The notes under the pieces are model-generated. The model was not told the DNA's origin. It worked only from the letters and a program-made list of their open reading frames with translations, and did no database searches. A stretch of DNA of 64,000 bases from an uncultured Alistipes sp. Lineage in GTDB: Bacteria; Bacteroidota; Bacteroidia; Bacteroidales; Rikenellaceae. The stretch lies in contig URTU01000002.1 in the NCBI GenBank assembly GCA_900550925.1, positions 8,772 to 72,771 of the forward strand. Reading direction: 5' to 3'. A program made the translations under genes and the position numbers. Below are positions 40,829-51,345 of this stretch, piece by piece (within the stretch, counting starts at the first letter, position 1; every line of letters begins with the position of its first letter).

Positions 40829-43800
40829 GATTCAGTATTTTGAGTAGCTGTTGAATAAATATATTTTGTTATGGGATTTGCTTGGTCATCCGATATGCGT
40901 GTAATCCGCCCAGACCTATCATAGTCATATTCGATCTTTCTGCCAGATGGATCGGTCTGGGAAACTAGATTCCCATTATCGTCATACTCGAAGGTTGTAA
41001 CAGAGGCTTCAGGCAGACCTTCACGAATAACCGATGCGGGTATAATCGGCTGAACAGGTCTTTCGAACAAATTGCCATACGCCTCATCTAAAGCTTCTAT
41101 CTGGGAATTAGACGCATTCTCCACTCTCATCGTAACCCCGAACTTATTCCAGAAATATGTAGTATAAATGCCATTACGGTTTTCACTCTGACATACATTT
41201 CCGTTAATATCATACGTATATTTTTCATCTATATACCATTGATTGGTTTGTACATCAAGCCGTCGGATCTCAACAGGCAACACATTCTCACTCAAAACCG
41301 CATATATTATACTGTCCCGGCCGACAATATACTCCGTTGGATCCACCGTTGCCGTTGGATAAAGCACTGTTCGGGTAATCGAAAGAGGATACTGCATATA
41401 ATTGAACTCAACCATTTTTTGTTCAATGGCTGTCGCCGGATTATCCCGATCGGGATATGTATAAATCACACAATCCAATCCTCCGTCACTTCTCGAAACA
41501 GACATTCGCCGTACCTGTCCATATTCATTGTAAGTATACCGTATAGTTTGTTCTACTCCATCCAAAATAGATATTTTTGAGGTTTGCAGTCTGTTTGCAA
41601 ATAATTCAGGAACCTCGCGGACTCCCTCCGAAACATATACCGGACGAGACACATTCTCTGATACGAATGTGTTATAAATCATCGAATCACTCCTGACAAT
41701 ACTGTCATTGGCATATATCTCCTGTTTGAGTAACTTGCCGCGGAATGCCTGCAGAGAAGTGGCCGGTGTCAAAAGATTAAATAAAGCCGTCTCATTAGGG
41801 ATATTATCCAAAATCATTGGGTAGATAACATTGCCATATATCCGCATACAACCAACTCTTTCAACAAGCGTAGAGGCGAACATATTGGGTAGAGTCTCGT
41901 ATGTCTCATAATAATAAACGTTTTTACTGCTATCGGGCAAAATCTCCTCAACCCGCGAATATTCGATATCAATATCGTTACTGGAAATCAACGGCCTGTA
42001 TGCAGAATACACCATCTGAGGAGTATACCCATTCCAGTCTCCAGTATATTGTACCTGGTATCTCGGGAACTGCAACTCAATTCCGCTGCTGGTTGTCCCG
42101 TCAGCCAAAACATATTCATAAGACCGGCTGTCAAGTACCGAACCATCGGAATCATAGTTGACAATCCTCGAAACACGCACACCTCCACCTATTTGCGGCT
42201 CGGAACTGATATCACTAAGATACGGAACAAACATACTCCCATAATCTCGCTTAACTGTTCTGCCATAATCTCGCGGCTCATATGAAAAAATGGTATAGCC
42301 CCCCGTAGGATACGTGACTTTATGCAAAGTTCCGATCTGAGAATAATTAGCATCGGGATTTCGTCCCGAATACAAGGTCTCCGTATAGTCTCCTTCCTCG
42401 AAATCAGCATCCTGAATATAACTGGTAGCATATTTTACAGTATGATTATTTCCTCCCTTATAGAAACCATAATGATCAATGGCATACGTTCCAAACGGCG
42501 GAAGTGACATATTGTCAACCATATTATAGTCAAAACTGTATCGTCCCAAAGAAGAACTTACAGACTGCAAAAACGGGACGCTGTTACTCGCACTGGAAAT
42601 CGTTGCATAATCCATCGTTATGGTTTCATCTGAATTCACTATGTGGATCGATTCCAATAATGGGGCAACATCATTGCGCTGAAGAGACGAAATCCCCATA
42701 TTTTCATTTACATATTTTCCAAGAGGCCGATTATCAGTATATGTAAATTCCGCAACCGTTGTACCATCAACCATAATCCCGACAAGTTGCGACGTCTGCA
42801 TGCGTGCAACAGCCGACTTCTCCGTTTCCGACTCGAAATTATTTGAATCAAGCCCGCTGGCAAAGACCCACGAACTAGGAGATGAATTGATTACTCGCCG
42901 TTGGACATTCGTCTCATTATATATAAAATCAATGGTACGTCCATTAGGCGCTATGATTTTTGTTAATTTCCACGCAACGATAGTGCCATTCAGCCGTTGT
43001 GTTTTATCATCTATACGATCTATCTCCGCCTGTGAAATATTGCGATCTGTATTTACCAAATGCATTTTGTCCAAAGAACCAGATCCGTCACCTACCACTA
43101 CCGATTGTCCATCATAAACTATATCGTCGTCTCCAAAATAATATCGATAGCCATCTCCGGTCGTGATGACAAACTGAGAATAGGCATATAAAATGGAATT
43201 TTCTCCTGTCTGCTTTTTCATATTGGACTGGATACGATAAGATTCACTGTTATCCGAGCAATTATAGACATGATACTCTCCATCCTCATACAACTTCTGA
43301 AATTCTCCCGTATGCCCCATAAACGAAAATCTGTACACATCCGTCTCAACATCACAACGTCTACCGTCACTTACCGTATACAAGAATAATCGACCTCCTG
43401 TCATTGATGATTGGGCCCCCATAAACGCACACGCATATTCCGTAGTATTAACAGAAGATGGCGATGCCAGATCTTCTATCCCGTAACACTGAACCAACAC
43501 TTCTCGCCAACCTGTGGACGGATTGTTAATGATAATACTATAATTACCTCCAATATCGTCCGGTATACCTCGCACTTCACGGGTAATACACCCTCCAACA
43601 TTCAAATGCCATTCGGCTCCCAATACGCCGGGCTGCATTGACGGCTTTAAACCATTCGATGAATAATCAAGCGAAACAGGGATCTCAAAATCTTTATCCT
43701 TATATACATAAATTGGAATAGAGACACTCACCGCTCCTGTATACAACGAAGGCCTATCGACTCCGTAACGCGTAAAATCCCAGGCATCAGCCGTAGGCAA

Positions 43801-43899
43801 ATCGGGATCTATCGCAAGTTCTATTTGTGCTAACGACATCTCCGGGCTCAAAAAAGCCAACGATACCGCAACAATCCACGATAAAAGAAACTTCTTCAT
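40825..43899 (-). CDS. Secreted YD-repeat protein with SpvB/TcB-like N-terminus, no toxin domain
   Basis: Signal peptide; LYTGAVSVSIPI...LDYSS...G.LGAEWHL..GG.ITR; terminal YD repeats; ATGA overlap with the RHS gene. Confidence 0.8.
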   Translation of the reverse strand: MKKFLLSWIVAVSLAFLSPEMSLAQIELAIDPDLPTADAWDFTRYGVDRPSLYTGAVSVSIPIYVYKDKDFEIPVSLDYSSNGLKPSMQPGVLGAEWHLNVGGCITREVRGIPDDIGGNYSIIINNPSTGWREVLVQCYGIEDLASPSSVNTTEYACAFMGAQSSMTGGRLFLYTVSDGRRCDVETDVYRFSFMGHTGEFQKLYEDGEYHVYNCSDNSESYRIQSNMKKQTGENSILYAYSQFVITTGDGYRYYFGDDDIVYDGQSVVVGDGSGSLDKMHLVNTDRNISQAEIDRIDDKTQRLNGTIVAWKLTKIIAPNGRTIDFIYNETNVQRRVINSSPSSWVFASGLDSNNFESETEKSAVARMQTSQLVGIMVDGTTVAEFTYTDNRPLGKYVNENMGISSLQRNDVAPLLESIHIVNSDETITMDYATISSASNSVPFLQSVSSSLGRYSFDYNMVDNMSLPPFGTYAIDHYGFYKGGNNHTVKYATSYIQDADFEEGDYTETLYSGRNPDANYSQIGTLHKVTYPTGGYTIFSYEPRDYGRTVKRDYGSMFVPYLSDISSEPQIGGGVRVSRIVNYDSDGSVLDSRSYEYVLADGTTSSGIELQFPRYQVQYTGDWNGYTPQMVYSAYRPLISSNDIDIEYSRVEEILPDSSKNVYYYETYETLPNMFASTLVERVGCMRIYGNVIYPMILDNIPNETALFNLLTPATSLQAFRGKLLKQEIYANDSIVRSDSMIYNTFVSENVSRPVYVSEGVREVPELFANRLQTSKISILDGVEQTIRYTYNEYGQVRRMSVSRSDGGLDCVIYTYPDRDNPATAIEQKMVEFNYMQYPLSITRTVLYPTATVDPTEYIVGRDSIIYAVLSENVLPVEIRRLDVQTNQWYIDEKYTYDINGNVCQSENRNGIYTTYFWNKFGVTMRVENASNSQIEALDEAYGNLFERPVQPIIPASVIREGLPEASVTTFEYDDNGNLVSQTDPSGRKIEYDYDRSGRITRISDDQANPITKYIYSTATQNTES

Positions 43900-43942
43900 A
43901 AATTGAGGTTTAGTAGGTTAGATAATAGGTTATTTATTGTAA

Positions 43943-44995
43943 TCAGCCCATGATCCCGCCCAAACGGCACATGGGTAAATACATCGATACGAGCACAACC
44001 GCCACAAGCACCCCAACCAACAATATCAAAATCGGTTCAAGTATTGTCCCCAACCGTCTGATACCATGTTCCAGCTCGTCGGTCAGCGAATCTCCCTGCC
44101 GCCGCAACATCTCACGCAAACGATTCGTCTGTTCGCCAACACGTATCAACGACGTAAACCGACGATCATACAGATCCGGATAGTGCGATAACGCCTCGAA
44201 AAACGAGTGTCCCTGTTCAAGCATGGCGGCAATCTGCCGGAGTGACAGACGATACGGACAATTCTTCATGGCTCCGGACACCATCTCCACGCCCGTAAGC
44301 AACGGTATTCCCGAAGTGCACAGCAGATCAAGCAATTTGCAGATTCGTGCCGTATTGCTCTTCTTTATCATGCCTCCTATTAACGGAATCCGGAGTAACA
44401 GACGACCCACTCTGTTCTGAAACCTGTCGTTATCTCTGTTATGTCCATACAATACCACCAAACATACGGCCGTCGCAATACCAACAAGCAGATACCGTGG
44501 AAACACCTCGGCAAATGCTATCATCCGACGCGTCAGTCCGGGCAAGTCTCCGCCCATACGCATATAAACCTGCTCGAACATCGGGACAACAACCGTCATC
44601 ATGAAGGCCATAACCGCTGTCGCCATACACACAACCACTATCGGATAGCTGACCGCAGACGAGACCATACGGCGTTGAGCAATACGTTTGTGATAATATT
44701 CCGACAGGAACGCCAGCGCCTCGGAAAGCCGGCCCGTACGTTCTCCTATATCAACCACGCTGCAATCCAGAGCCGGGAAACTCCCGACTACATACATGGC
44801 CTGCTTCAGCGAACTGCCCTCGACTATCCGTCTGTAAAGATTCTCAAGCTGACTCTTCACCACTCCGTTTTGCTCGGAATCTATCAACAGTACAAAAGCA
44901 TTCGAGAAGTCGATCCCTGCACTCAGCAATGCATTCAACTCTCCGTACAGCATTTCACGTCGCGAATCACTCAGTTTCTCCCTACTCATATCCAT
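43943..44995 (-). CDS. T2SS/T4P inner-membrane platform protein (GspF/PilC family)
   Basis: LLSAGI, GERTGRL, SYP, VVPMF, LPGLT, IPLIG, VGEQT, LEP..., MYLPM. Confidence 0.9.
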   Translation of the reverse strand: MDMSREKLSDSRREMLYGELNALLSAGIDFSNAFVLLIDSEQNGVVKSQLENLYRRIVEGSSLKQAMYVVGSFPALDCSVVDIGERTGRLSEALAFLSEYYHKRIAQRRMVSSAVSYPIVVVCMATAVMAFMMTVVVPMFEQVYMRMGGDLPGLTRRMIAFAEVFPRYLLVGIATAVCLVVLYGHNRDNDRFQNRVGRLLLRIPLIGGMIKKSNTARICKLLDLLCTSGIPLLTGVEMVSGAMKNCPYRLSLRQIAAMLEQGHSFFEALSHYPDLYDRRFTSLIRVGEQTNRLREMLRRQGDSLTDELEHGIRRLGTILEPILILLVGVLVAVVLVSMYLPMCRLGGIMG

Positions 44996-45557
44996 ACCCC
45001 CTTTCTATCCGCTCAATCATCTGGTCGTACACAATCTCATCGGAATACTCTACAGCAAAACTCAAGGTTAACATTCGCCCATCCGCACAGAGCTCCGCGC
45101 ACAATCTCTCCCGATCATCATCTTCACTCACATACAGTCCCGCCACCTCCCTCAACAAGGTGTCGACAAACGAACCGTTACAATATGTCAATACCGAATC
45201 GGCCAGAATCAAGGCGGTTTCGCACCCACTGCGATACATAAATATCTCATGCCCGAAATCCATGACACTGTCAACGGCAACTGCAGCCGTCCCCAGCCGC
45301 ATAATCCCCTCACGCAATCTCCCCGCTTTATACATCTCCTCAACTCGCCCCGTCTGCAGCCGCATGAAAAGCCCCAGACCATTCATTATCGCAAGGAATA
45401 TGATCCCCATCACAACCATCACGATCACCGTTTCGACAAGAGTCGATCCGTACATCGTCAATGTGAAGCGCCATCGACAAACATCCGCGCCGAGCGACCG
45501 ACGTGATCCCGAACGGCCATTTCGCCTTGATTTCATATTTTGCTTTTCTACACACAT
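44982..45557 (-). CDS. Minor pilin/pseudopilin
   Basis: G|STLVETVIVMVVMGII prepilin-like motif with E5; exact start uncertain. Confidence 0.7.
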   Translation of the reverse strand: MCVEKQNMKSRRNGRSGSRRSLGADVCRWRFTLTMYGSTLVETVIVMVVMGIIFLAIMNGLGLFMRLQTGRVEEMYKAGRLREGIMRLGTAAVAVDSVMDFGHEIFMYRSGCETALILADSVLTYCNGSFVDTLLREVAGLYVSEDDDRERLCAELCADGRMLTLSFAVEYSDEIVYDQMIERIERGYGYE

Positions 45558-45561
45558 GCCG

Positions 45562-45903
45562 TCATTGCCAACACTCCACTATTTCGGAATATGTTATCCT
45601 TTCATTACCGGCCTCGATCTCGATATGCACCACAACCACATCGTCCAAATCACGATAATACTCTATTAGCACCTTAGCTTTCCCATTACCATACCGTTCC
45701 AGATATTCACCCGCCGGCCACACTCCCGTAGTATATTTTTCCCGTGCCCTCGAAAGACAAATCTCCGCCTCAATCATATCAACCTCATTTCTACCCGTCA
45801 CCGTAAGCCTGGGCAGCAACTCGAGCGACACCGCAAAGATCACCATGAACAGTATCGACGCCACGATCGTCTCAACAAGCGTTGATCCCTTCACTCGACA
45901 CAT
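45562..45903 (-). CDS. Minor pilin/pseudopilin
   Basis: KG|STLVETIVASILFMVIF prepilin-like motif with E5. Confidence 0.72.
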   Translation of the reverse strand: MCRVKGSTLVETIVASILFMVIFAVSLELLPRLTVTGRNEVDMIEAEICLSRAREKYTTGVWPAGEYLERYGNGKAKVLIEYYRDLDDVVVVHIEIEAGNERITYSEIVECWQ

Positions 45904-47105
45904 AGCGCCTCCTTTCTATGGCTGTGCCCATCCACAATCCACATCGGGACGGCTGTAACCGGATTCTCCAGTAAAGTCACATCATACAGCATGTTTTTAT
46001 AATACCCCTGCGCAGAGAAATATACCGCCGACTTTAAACATGCATATCCCGTTACAATACCCTGCAACTGAGCGACCCCGTCGACATAAACCAGTCCTCG
46101 CACACGTGACGAACGTGCCTGCCTGTAATTGGCCGTCGGTGGAACATGCTCCACCGTATCGCGAACTATCACATATCCATTAACTACGGCACGATCTCCC
46201 AATTCAGCATAGCTTTGCGAATAGACTCCTGAAGGATACTGCAATATTGCCCTTGGTTCCACGATGACCGTATCGCGGGCAATGATCTGCACCGAGACAG
46301 AAGCTCCGGCTCCAACCGACACCTTTTTCGCACAAACCACCACATTGCGCAACCGGCATGTCGAATCTATACGGATCTCCTCCCCAAAAACAACAACAGG
46401 ACCGGATAAACAGCATGACATCAGATCGTTCTCATCGCTTCGCAAATAGAGCACCGTGTCACTTAAAAACGGGATAGCAATACTGTCAGAAATTATCGGT
46501 TCCGCCGCATACTCCCTTAGCAACAGTTGTCGGACTCGCTTCACGGCCATCTCATCAGGGTATGGGAGCGATTGTTCACTCCGCACGACCGCATTTTGCG
46601 GGACCGGTTCTCCTCGATAATACTCCGTTCCCATACGACCGTATGCCAGTCCGTTCTGCGGCAAAGCCAGCATTCCGTGCAAACGGCTGTCTCCGGCAAC
46701 AGTCAATGCCACATTGTTATCCGAACAATACAACGTCTTGTCGGCCTCCGGTTCGACACCAGCAATACGGCAAGTACGAATCAATGAGTCCCCGGAGGTA
46801 ATCTTAACCAGTTCATACACCCCCCACGGGACAACCTCGACATATACCGACGAGCGCGGCAACGAATCATACAGCCTAAAACCTGCCGCATCAAGCAAAC
46901 ACGTATCATCCGGATGAAGCCTATAAAGAGTCCATGCCGACTCGACATCTGCACGAGCCTGTCTCAAACGAGTTTTGTGCAATACGGACATCTGTTCCTG
47001 ATCCCACAGCATCAATAACCCGAGCATCCCGACTGCAATAACCATTGTCGCCACTATTGCCGTCGGAAGCACACTGCCCCGAATATGCAAACTTCCTATC
47101 GACAT
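45891..47105 (-). CDS. Large minor pilin (GspK/PilX-like)
   Basis: RG|SVLPTAIVATMVIAV hydrophobic N-terminus without E5; beta-rich C-terminal region. Confidence 0.6.
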   Translation of the reverse strand: MSIGSLHIRGSVLPTAIVATMVIAVGMLGLLMLWDQEQMSVLHKTRLRQARADVESAWTLYRLHPDDTCLLDAAGFRLYDSLPRSSVYVEVVPWGVYELVKITSGDSLIRTCRIAGVEPEADKTLYCSDNNVALTVAGDSRLHGMLALPQNGLAYGRMGTEYYRGEPVPQNAVVRSEQSLPYPDEMAVKRVRQLLLREYAAEPIISDSIAIPFLSDTVLYLRSDENDLMSCCLSGPVVVFGEEIRIDSTCRLRNVVVCAKKVSVGAGASVSVQIIARDTVIVEPRAILQYPSGVYSQSYAELGDRAVVNGYVIVRDTVEHVPPTANYRQARSSRVRGLVYVDGVAQLQGIVTGYACLKSAVYFSAQGYYKNMLYDVTLLENPVTAVPMWIVDGHSHRKEALCVE

Positions 47106-47572
47106 AACTCAACTCCGTATACGTTCCCTTTCTGCGCCAGATATAGCGAATCGGCATCCACGGCTGCCAATACAAACCCGGCTATGCTGTCCCCAAGTTC
47201 TACTTCATACTGTTGCCCGTCCAGCAACATGATATAGAGCACCAGCGTCCCGGTCCTTACCGTACCGTAGTGCTCCGCCGCCAAAGGCTTCCGGTCACTC
47301 CTCTTCGCAGTCATGTCAGCACGGACCGGCGACCGTTTTAATCCCGCTTCGACAATCTCGCGACTCCCTGTTCCGCCATCCTTCAAGAATGGATCAGGAT
47401 AATCGGCCATTAATGTATCGACACACCGCCCCGAAAACCCCTTGTCAAACGACGATTCTGTCATAACAGCAATGGTCTCTGGTCTCCTGGATACGAGAAG
47501 TTTCCAAGCGATAACGCCCCATACGACCACGGCAGCTCCAAGAAGCACATATGTCATACCGCTCTTCTTCAT
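47096..47572 (-). CDS. Bitopic accessory protein (GspC/PilP-like position)
   Basis: N-terminal TM (VVWGVIAWK), DPF motif, short beta C-domain; coupled within the operon. Confidence 0.5.
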   Translation of the reverse strand: MKKSGMTYVLLGAAVVVWGVIAWKLLVSRRPETIAVMTESSFDKGFSGRCVDTLMADYPDPFLKDGGTGSREIVEAGLKRSPVRADMTAKRSDRKPLAAEHYGTVRTGTLVLYIMLLDGQQYEVELGDSIAGFVLAAVDADSLYLAQKGNVYGVELCR

Positions 47573-47934
47573 CTGACCTGCAATCTTCGAATCTCTCCCT
47601 CCGACCTATATGCCGTATTGAACGACGCTACGCTCCATTCATAATCCCCCGTATCAAGGACGAACCCGCACACCATATCGCCCGACAACGAATCGGTAAC
47701 GATTACCGTATCTTTTACGATGCGTTCGGCCCGATCGAAGGATGGAGCAACCACCCTCAGCAGATAACCGTCCGCATACTCCATCTGTCGCCACGCAAAT
47801 TCCACTTCACCGACCGGGACTACAGCCCCGTCCACCGGTGCTATAATCTCCAGTTTTTTAGAGTTTATATCCATTTCAAAGATACCACACCCGGCAAGCG
47901 CCAGGACTACAAGTACAGTCGCAATACGTCTCAT
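47569..47934 (-). CDS. Small lipoprotein, FN3-like
   Basis: LAGC lipobox; F.W.....ADGY.L, GDYEWSV pattern. Confidence 0.6.
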   Translation of the reverse strand: MRRIATVLVVLALAGCGIFEMDINSKKLEIIAPVDGAVVPVGEVEFAWRQMEYADGYLLRVVAPSFDRAERIVKDTVIVTDSLSGDMVCGFVLDTGDYEWSVASFNTAYRSEGEIRRLQVR

Positions 47935-48437
47935 TAATCATCTCCTTTTACAAGTTGTTCGACATAAACCGTGAGCGTCAAACGTTCAGCGCGGGCTGCC
48001 CGATCTTGCACAACTCTCCATACTGCCGAACGCACGACACACTCTGAAAAAGACGTTTCAATATGATGAAGCGTCAGCAACATGTCATGGAAATCTCCTG
48101 TCAAGATCAATTCGGCCGTATGCAACGATAATGGACCGTTCTGTCCCGTAACGACAGGCGTATAGCCCGAAACATGCACTCCACCACCATCCAAATAATC
48201 GCACAGGCTGTCGAGAATAACTCCGGAAAGTATCAAGTCTTGCTCTCCGCATCGATATGGTTCCGCAAAACGCTGTCCGACCGAATCGGTCGACACCTCC
48301 AGTTCTCTATGCAGATGCCGGCACTCAAATACAGTCCGTACCGTATTGCCTACGGCATAACGCCATACCACAATCGGCAACATGACAAAAAGCCCGATCA
48401 CCATCAAGCCTCCGCGATATTTATAGCCAACATTCAT
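47934..48437 (-). CDS. GspM/PilO-like protein
   Basis: N-terminal TM; L.LTGDFHDML..LH.IE ferredoxin-like pattern; follows the PilN-like gene. Confidence 0.55.
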   Translation of the reverse strand: MNVGYKYRGGLMVIGLFVMLPIVVWRYAVGNTVRTVFECRHLHRELEVSTDSVGQRFAEPYRCGEQDLILSGVILDSLCDYLDGGGVHVSGYTPVVTGQNGPLSLHTAELILTGDFHDMLLTLHHIETSFSECVVRSAVWRVVQDRAARAERLTLTVYVEQLVKGDD

Positions 48438-49357
48438 AACTTCAGATCTATCTGAAAGGTTACTGAATTGCCGTCCCTACGGCGCTCGATGGAAGAGAGC
48501 CGAACCGTATGAAAAACCTCATCCTCGGATAATGCTGCCACGAAGGTTGACACGGCTGCTGATGTTGAAGCCTCACCGGTAACCACTACCGCATTTTCAT
48601 TGCATTTCAGTTTTTTCCCGGTCTCAAGTCTGCCGGTAAGCGGATCCACCTCGACAGAACTCAACCTTATCTTCTCGGGAACAACGGCCGCGATATGATC
48701 GCAAACAACTGCCAGAGACACTTTCGGACGATTGGCAAAAGCACGCAACATCGCTCGCTGGCTCTCATTCTCGGCCAGGCGACGCTGTTCATACTCATCC
48801 CGCACAGCCACTTGACTGCGCAACTGCTCCCTTTGGACATTCAATCTGGACGACATGACTGCATTGACAGCCAAAACAATCAGAACCAGAACCAGAACAG
48901 GCATATAGACCCGTCTAAAGAATGCCTGCAGCACCGCCGAACTCTCGGTCGTAGGCTTCAGCAGATCCACCCATCGGAACGAGTTTCTCAACTCTGCAGT
49001 CATTCCATCGGCCATAACCGGAATCTCCGTAGCCGTATCCATACAAAACCAACCGACAGGAATAATATTTCTCTCCTTGAGGTCGGCGGCAAGCCTCAAT
49101 AATCTGTCCCGCCGCACAAACGACACCCGTTCCCCCATACGGCTGCTGAGAAATGTCGCATTGTCGGCAACGACTCGGCGTGCAACTTCACTCTCATACG
49201 GTTTGGAAACAACGCCTCGTCCGCATACCACAACAATCACAACAGATCGGGAAGCCTGCGCCAGATCGGCGCGGCCACGCTGCCGGAAAACCGAAAGTGT
49301 ATAATCTCCCGAAGCATCGTATTCGGCTGAAACAAACAATATGGGAACAAGATACAT
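48434..49357 (-). CDS. GspL/PilN-like protein
   Basis: Central TM, coiled coil, VPEKIRLSSV, VVVTGEA, F..V.L PilN-type C-domain. Confidence 0.65.
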   Translation of the reverse strand: MYLVPILFVSAEYDASGDYTLSVFRQRGRADLAQASRSVVIVVVCGRGVVSKPYESEVARRVVADNATFLSSRMGERVSFVRRDRLLRLAADLKERNIIPVGWFCMDTATEIPVMADGMTAELRNSFRWVDLLKPTTESSAVLQAFFRRVYMPVLVLVLIVLAVNAVMSSRLNVQREQLRSQVAVRDEYEQRRLAENESQRAMLRAFANRPKVSLAVVCDHIAAVVPEKIRLSSVEVDPLTGRLETGKKLKCNENAVVVTGEASTSAAVSTFVAALSEDEVFHTVRLSSIERRRDGNSVTFQIDLKL

Positions 49358-49433
49358 GACATTCTATGGTTTTTATTTACGACTATAGGCTTCCACCGTT
49401 CACACTATCTTTTTGTTTACTCGCCACAAAAAA

Positions 49434-51341
49434 TCACTCTATGACTGTAGGTTTGATGAAAACGTTGAGCGAACGTTCGACCTTGTTGCGTTTATCCTTG
49501 CCGAAAAGCCACTTGATAACCGGTATGCGCGCCAAAAACGGTATCCCCTGCGATGAACGCTCAAGGCTGTTCCGGTCAAGCCCCCCAAGAAGCACCATCT
49601 CCTCGTTCTGGACCTTTACGATAGACTTGAAACTGCGGGTCGCCGTGCCTGGTGGAGAGTCCTTCTCCGTACGGTCGGTGAATTCGGTCTGTTCAAACTC
49701 GATCTCCATGGTGATATGACCGTCCTGCGAAACATATGGCGTCACCTTGATCGACAGATTGGCATCAACCGATTTCCAGGTATATGACTCCGACTGGATT
49801 GGGTTTTGTGTACCGTAATAATTATTCTGCACCTCCTTGTAATATTGCGTCTCTCCGCTTGTCAGAATCGCCTCATGCCCATTCAGGGTTGCAAGCTTCG
49901 GCGTGGATTGAAGCCGTATCGTTCCCCTCTCCTCAAGAGCCTTCAGGCTCAAATAAAAGTTCGGCGTAACGCGCCCCAGATTTACCGTCCCCTGAATACG
50001 CTGTAACAAACTGTTGACGGCAGCTGCATTGAAGGTCATATCTATGCCGCCACCCAATGTGCCTGATGTCGTTGCAGGAGACGTACCCACTCCTCCGCCG
50101 ATTCCAATTTCATGAATATCGTTACGTTGCACCTCCGCTATGATGATCTCCATAGTGATTAACGGAACCGGCTTGTCGATTGACCGCAAAAACGCTTCGA
50201 CACGGGCTACATCCCGACGATCTCCTCCAAGAATCAAAGCATTCTGATCCGGAAAGTTCTTGACCTCTATTCCCTCCCTCAAAACAGCCGGAATCAGATC
50301 CTCAACCTTCGATACCGAACGATAAACCAACTCGACAACCGTAGCCGATGCAAGACGGTCACTCTGGGCAGAACCGAATACCCAGATGCCACGCTCAGAA
50401 TAGAACGAATAGGCAGACCCCTTCAGCAAGACTGAAAGCAAGGTCTCGAAATCGGTATCATCAACCCAGATACCAGCCGTAAGCGATATCGGCGTTCTGA
50501 AGTAATAGTTCAGTTTCAGCTGTTCGCACAAATCAAGAATAATATCCTGCACATTACCTCGTACTATATGTGCCGTTATGCGGCCGAGCGAATCCACATG
50601 AAGTTCATTCTCGCCGAACTGTCGTCGTCGCGCATAGCTCTGAACGGCAGAGCCTCCTTCTCCTGTTTCGGAATATATGCTCCACACGTCATCGACATCC
50701 CTTTCTACCGCAAGCGCATTGACCTCGCCCAATGTCCGCAACGCCGCCCCCAAAGGCATATGCCGGACATAGCCCGAAACGCGGCGATCGTACAACACTT
50801 CCGGCAGAATTATATTGCGATTGGTCAATGTGGAGACCTTTTTGACCACATCAATCAACCTGTCGCCCCGCAGATCGAATGAGATGGTCGTATCGTTAGG
50901 GGCAAAAACTATGTCCGGATCGGGAAGCGGCGCAGCAGGAACCGCCGCCGGAAATATCGAAACAATATTCCCGACGACTTCTACGTCAAGACGGTATTCA
51001 CGGCACAGGAACCTTAACAGGTCGACGACCTGTGTCCGTGTAAAGTTGCATGACACGGGAGTCTGTGCGACACTTCTCACGCTCAGATTAACTCCGCTTG
51101 CACGCGCCACATTGCGCAACAACTCGCTCAACGGCAATCGGCCGGATGTAATATCCACCTCCCGAAGAAGAGTCGAATCACGTTCACTCAGTGCCAAAAG
51201 TTTGCGATCTATTTCGGCAAAAAGCAGCGAATCTGCCGCGACAGGCACCGTCCGCGATTCTGTGACAACGGCGGTTTGCTGTGCTGCGACATCCCCAATC
51301 GCAATGAGGCAATACATTATTATGACCGACAGCAGTCTCAT
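49434..51341 (-). CDS. Outer-membrane secretin (GspD/PilQ family)
   Basis: Signal peptide; NALILGG...FLRSIDKP, STPKLATLNGHEA, VLLGGL, IPFLARIPVIKWLF, VFIKPTVI. Confidence 0.92.
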   Translation of the reverse strand: MRLLSVIIMYCLIAIGDVAAQQTAVVTESRTVPVAADSLLFAEIDRKLLALSERDSTLLREVDITSGRLPLSELLRNVARASGVNLSVRSVAQTPVSCNFTRTQVVDLLRFLCREYRLDVEVVGNIVSIFPAAVPAAPLPDPDIVFAPNDTTISFDLRGDRLIDVVKKVSTLTNRNIILPEVLYDRRVSGYVRHMPLGAALRTLGEVNALAVERDVDDVWSIYSETGEGGSAVQSYARRRQFGENELHVDSLGRITAHIVRGNVQDIILDLCEQLKLNYYFRTPISLTAGIWVDDTDFETLLSVLLKGSAYSFYSERGIWVFGSAQSDRLASATVVELVYRSVSKVEDLIPAVLREGIEVKNFPDQNALILGGDRRDVARVEAFLRSIDKPVPLITMEIIIAEVQRNDIHEIGIGGGVGTSPATTSGTLGGGIDMTFNAAAVNSLLQRIQGTVNLGRVTPNFYLSLKALEERGTIRLQSTPKLATLNGHEAILTSGETQYYKEVQNNYYGTQNPIQSESYTWKSVDANLSIKVTPYVSQDGHITMEIEFEQTEFTDRTEKDSPPGTATRSFKSIVKVQNEEMVLLGGLDRNSLERSSQGIPFLARIPVIKWLFGKDKRNKVERSLNVFIKPTVIE

Positions 51342-51345
51342 GGTT

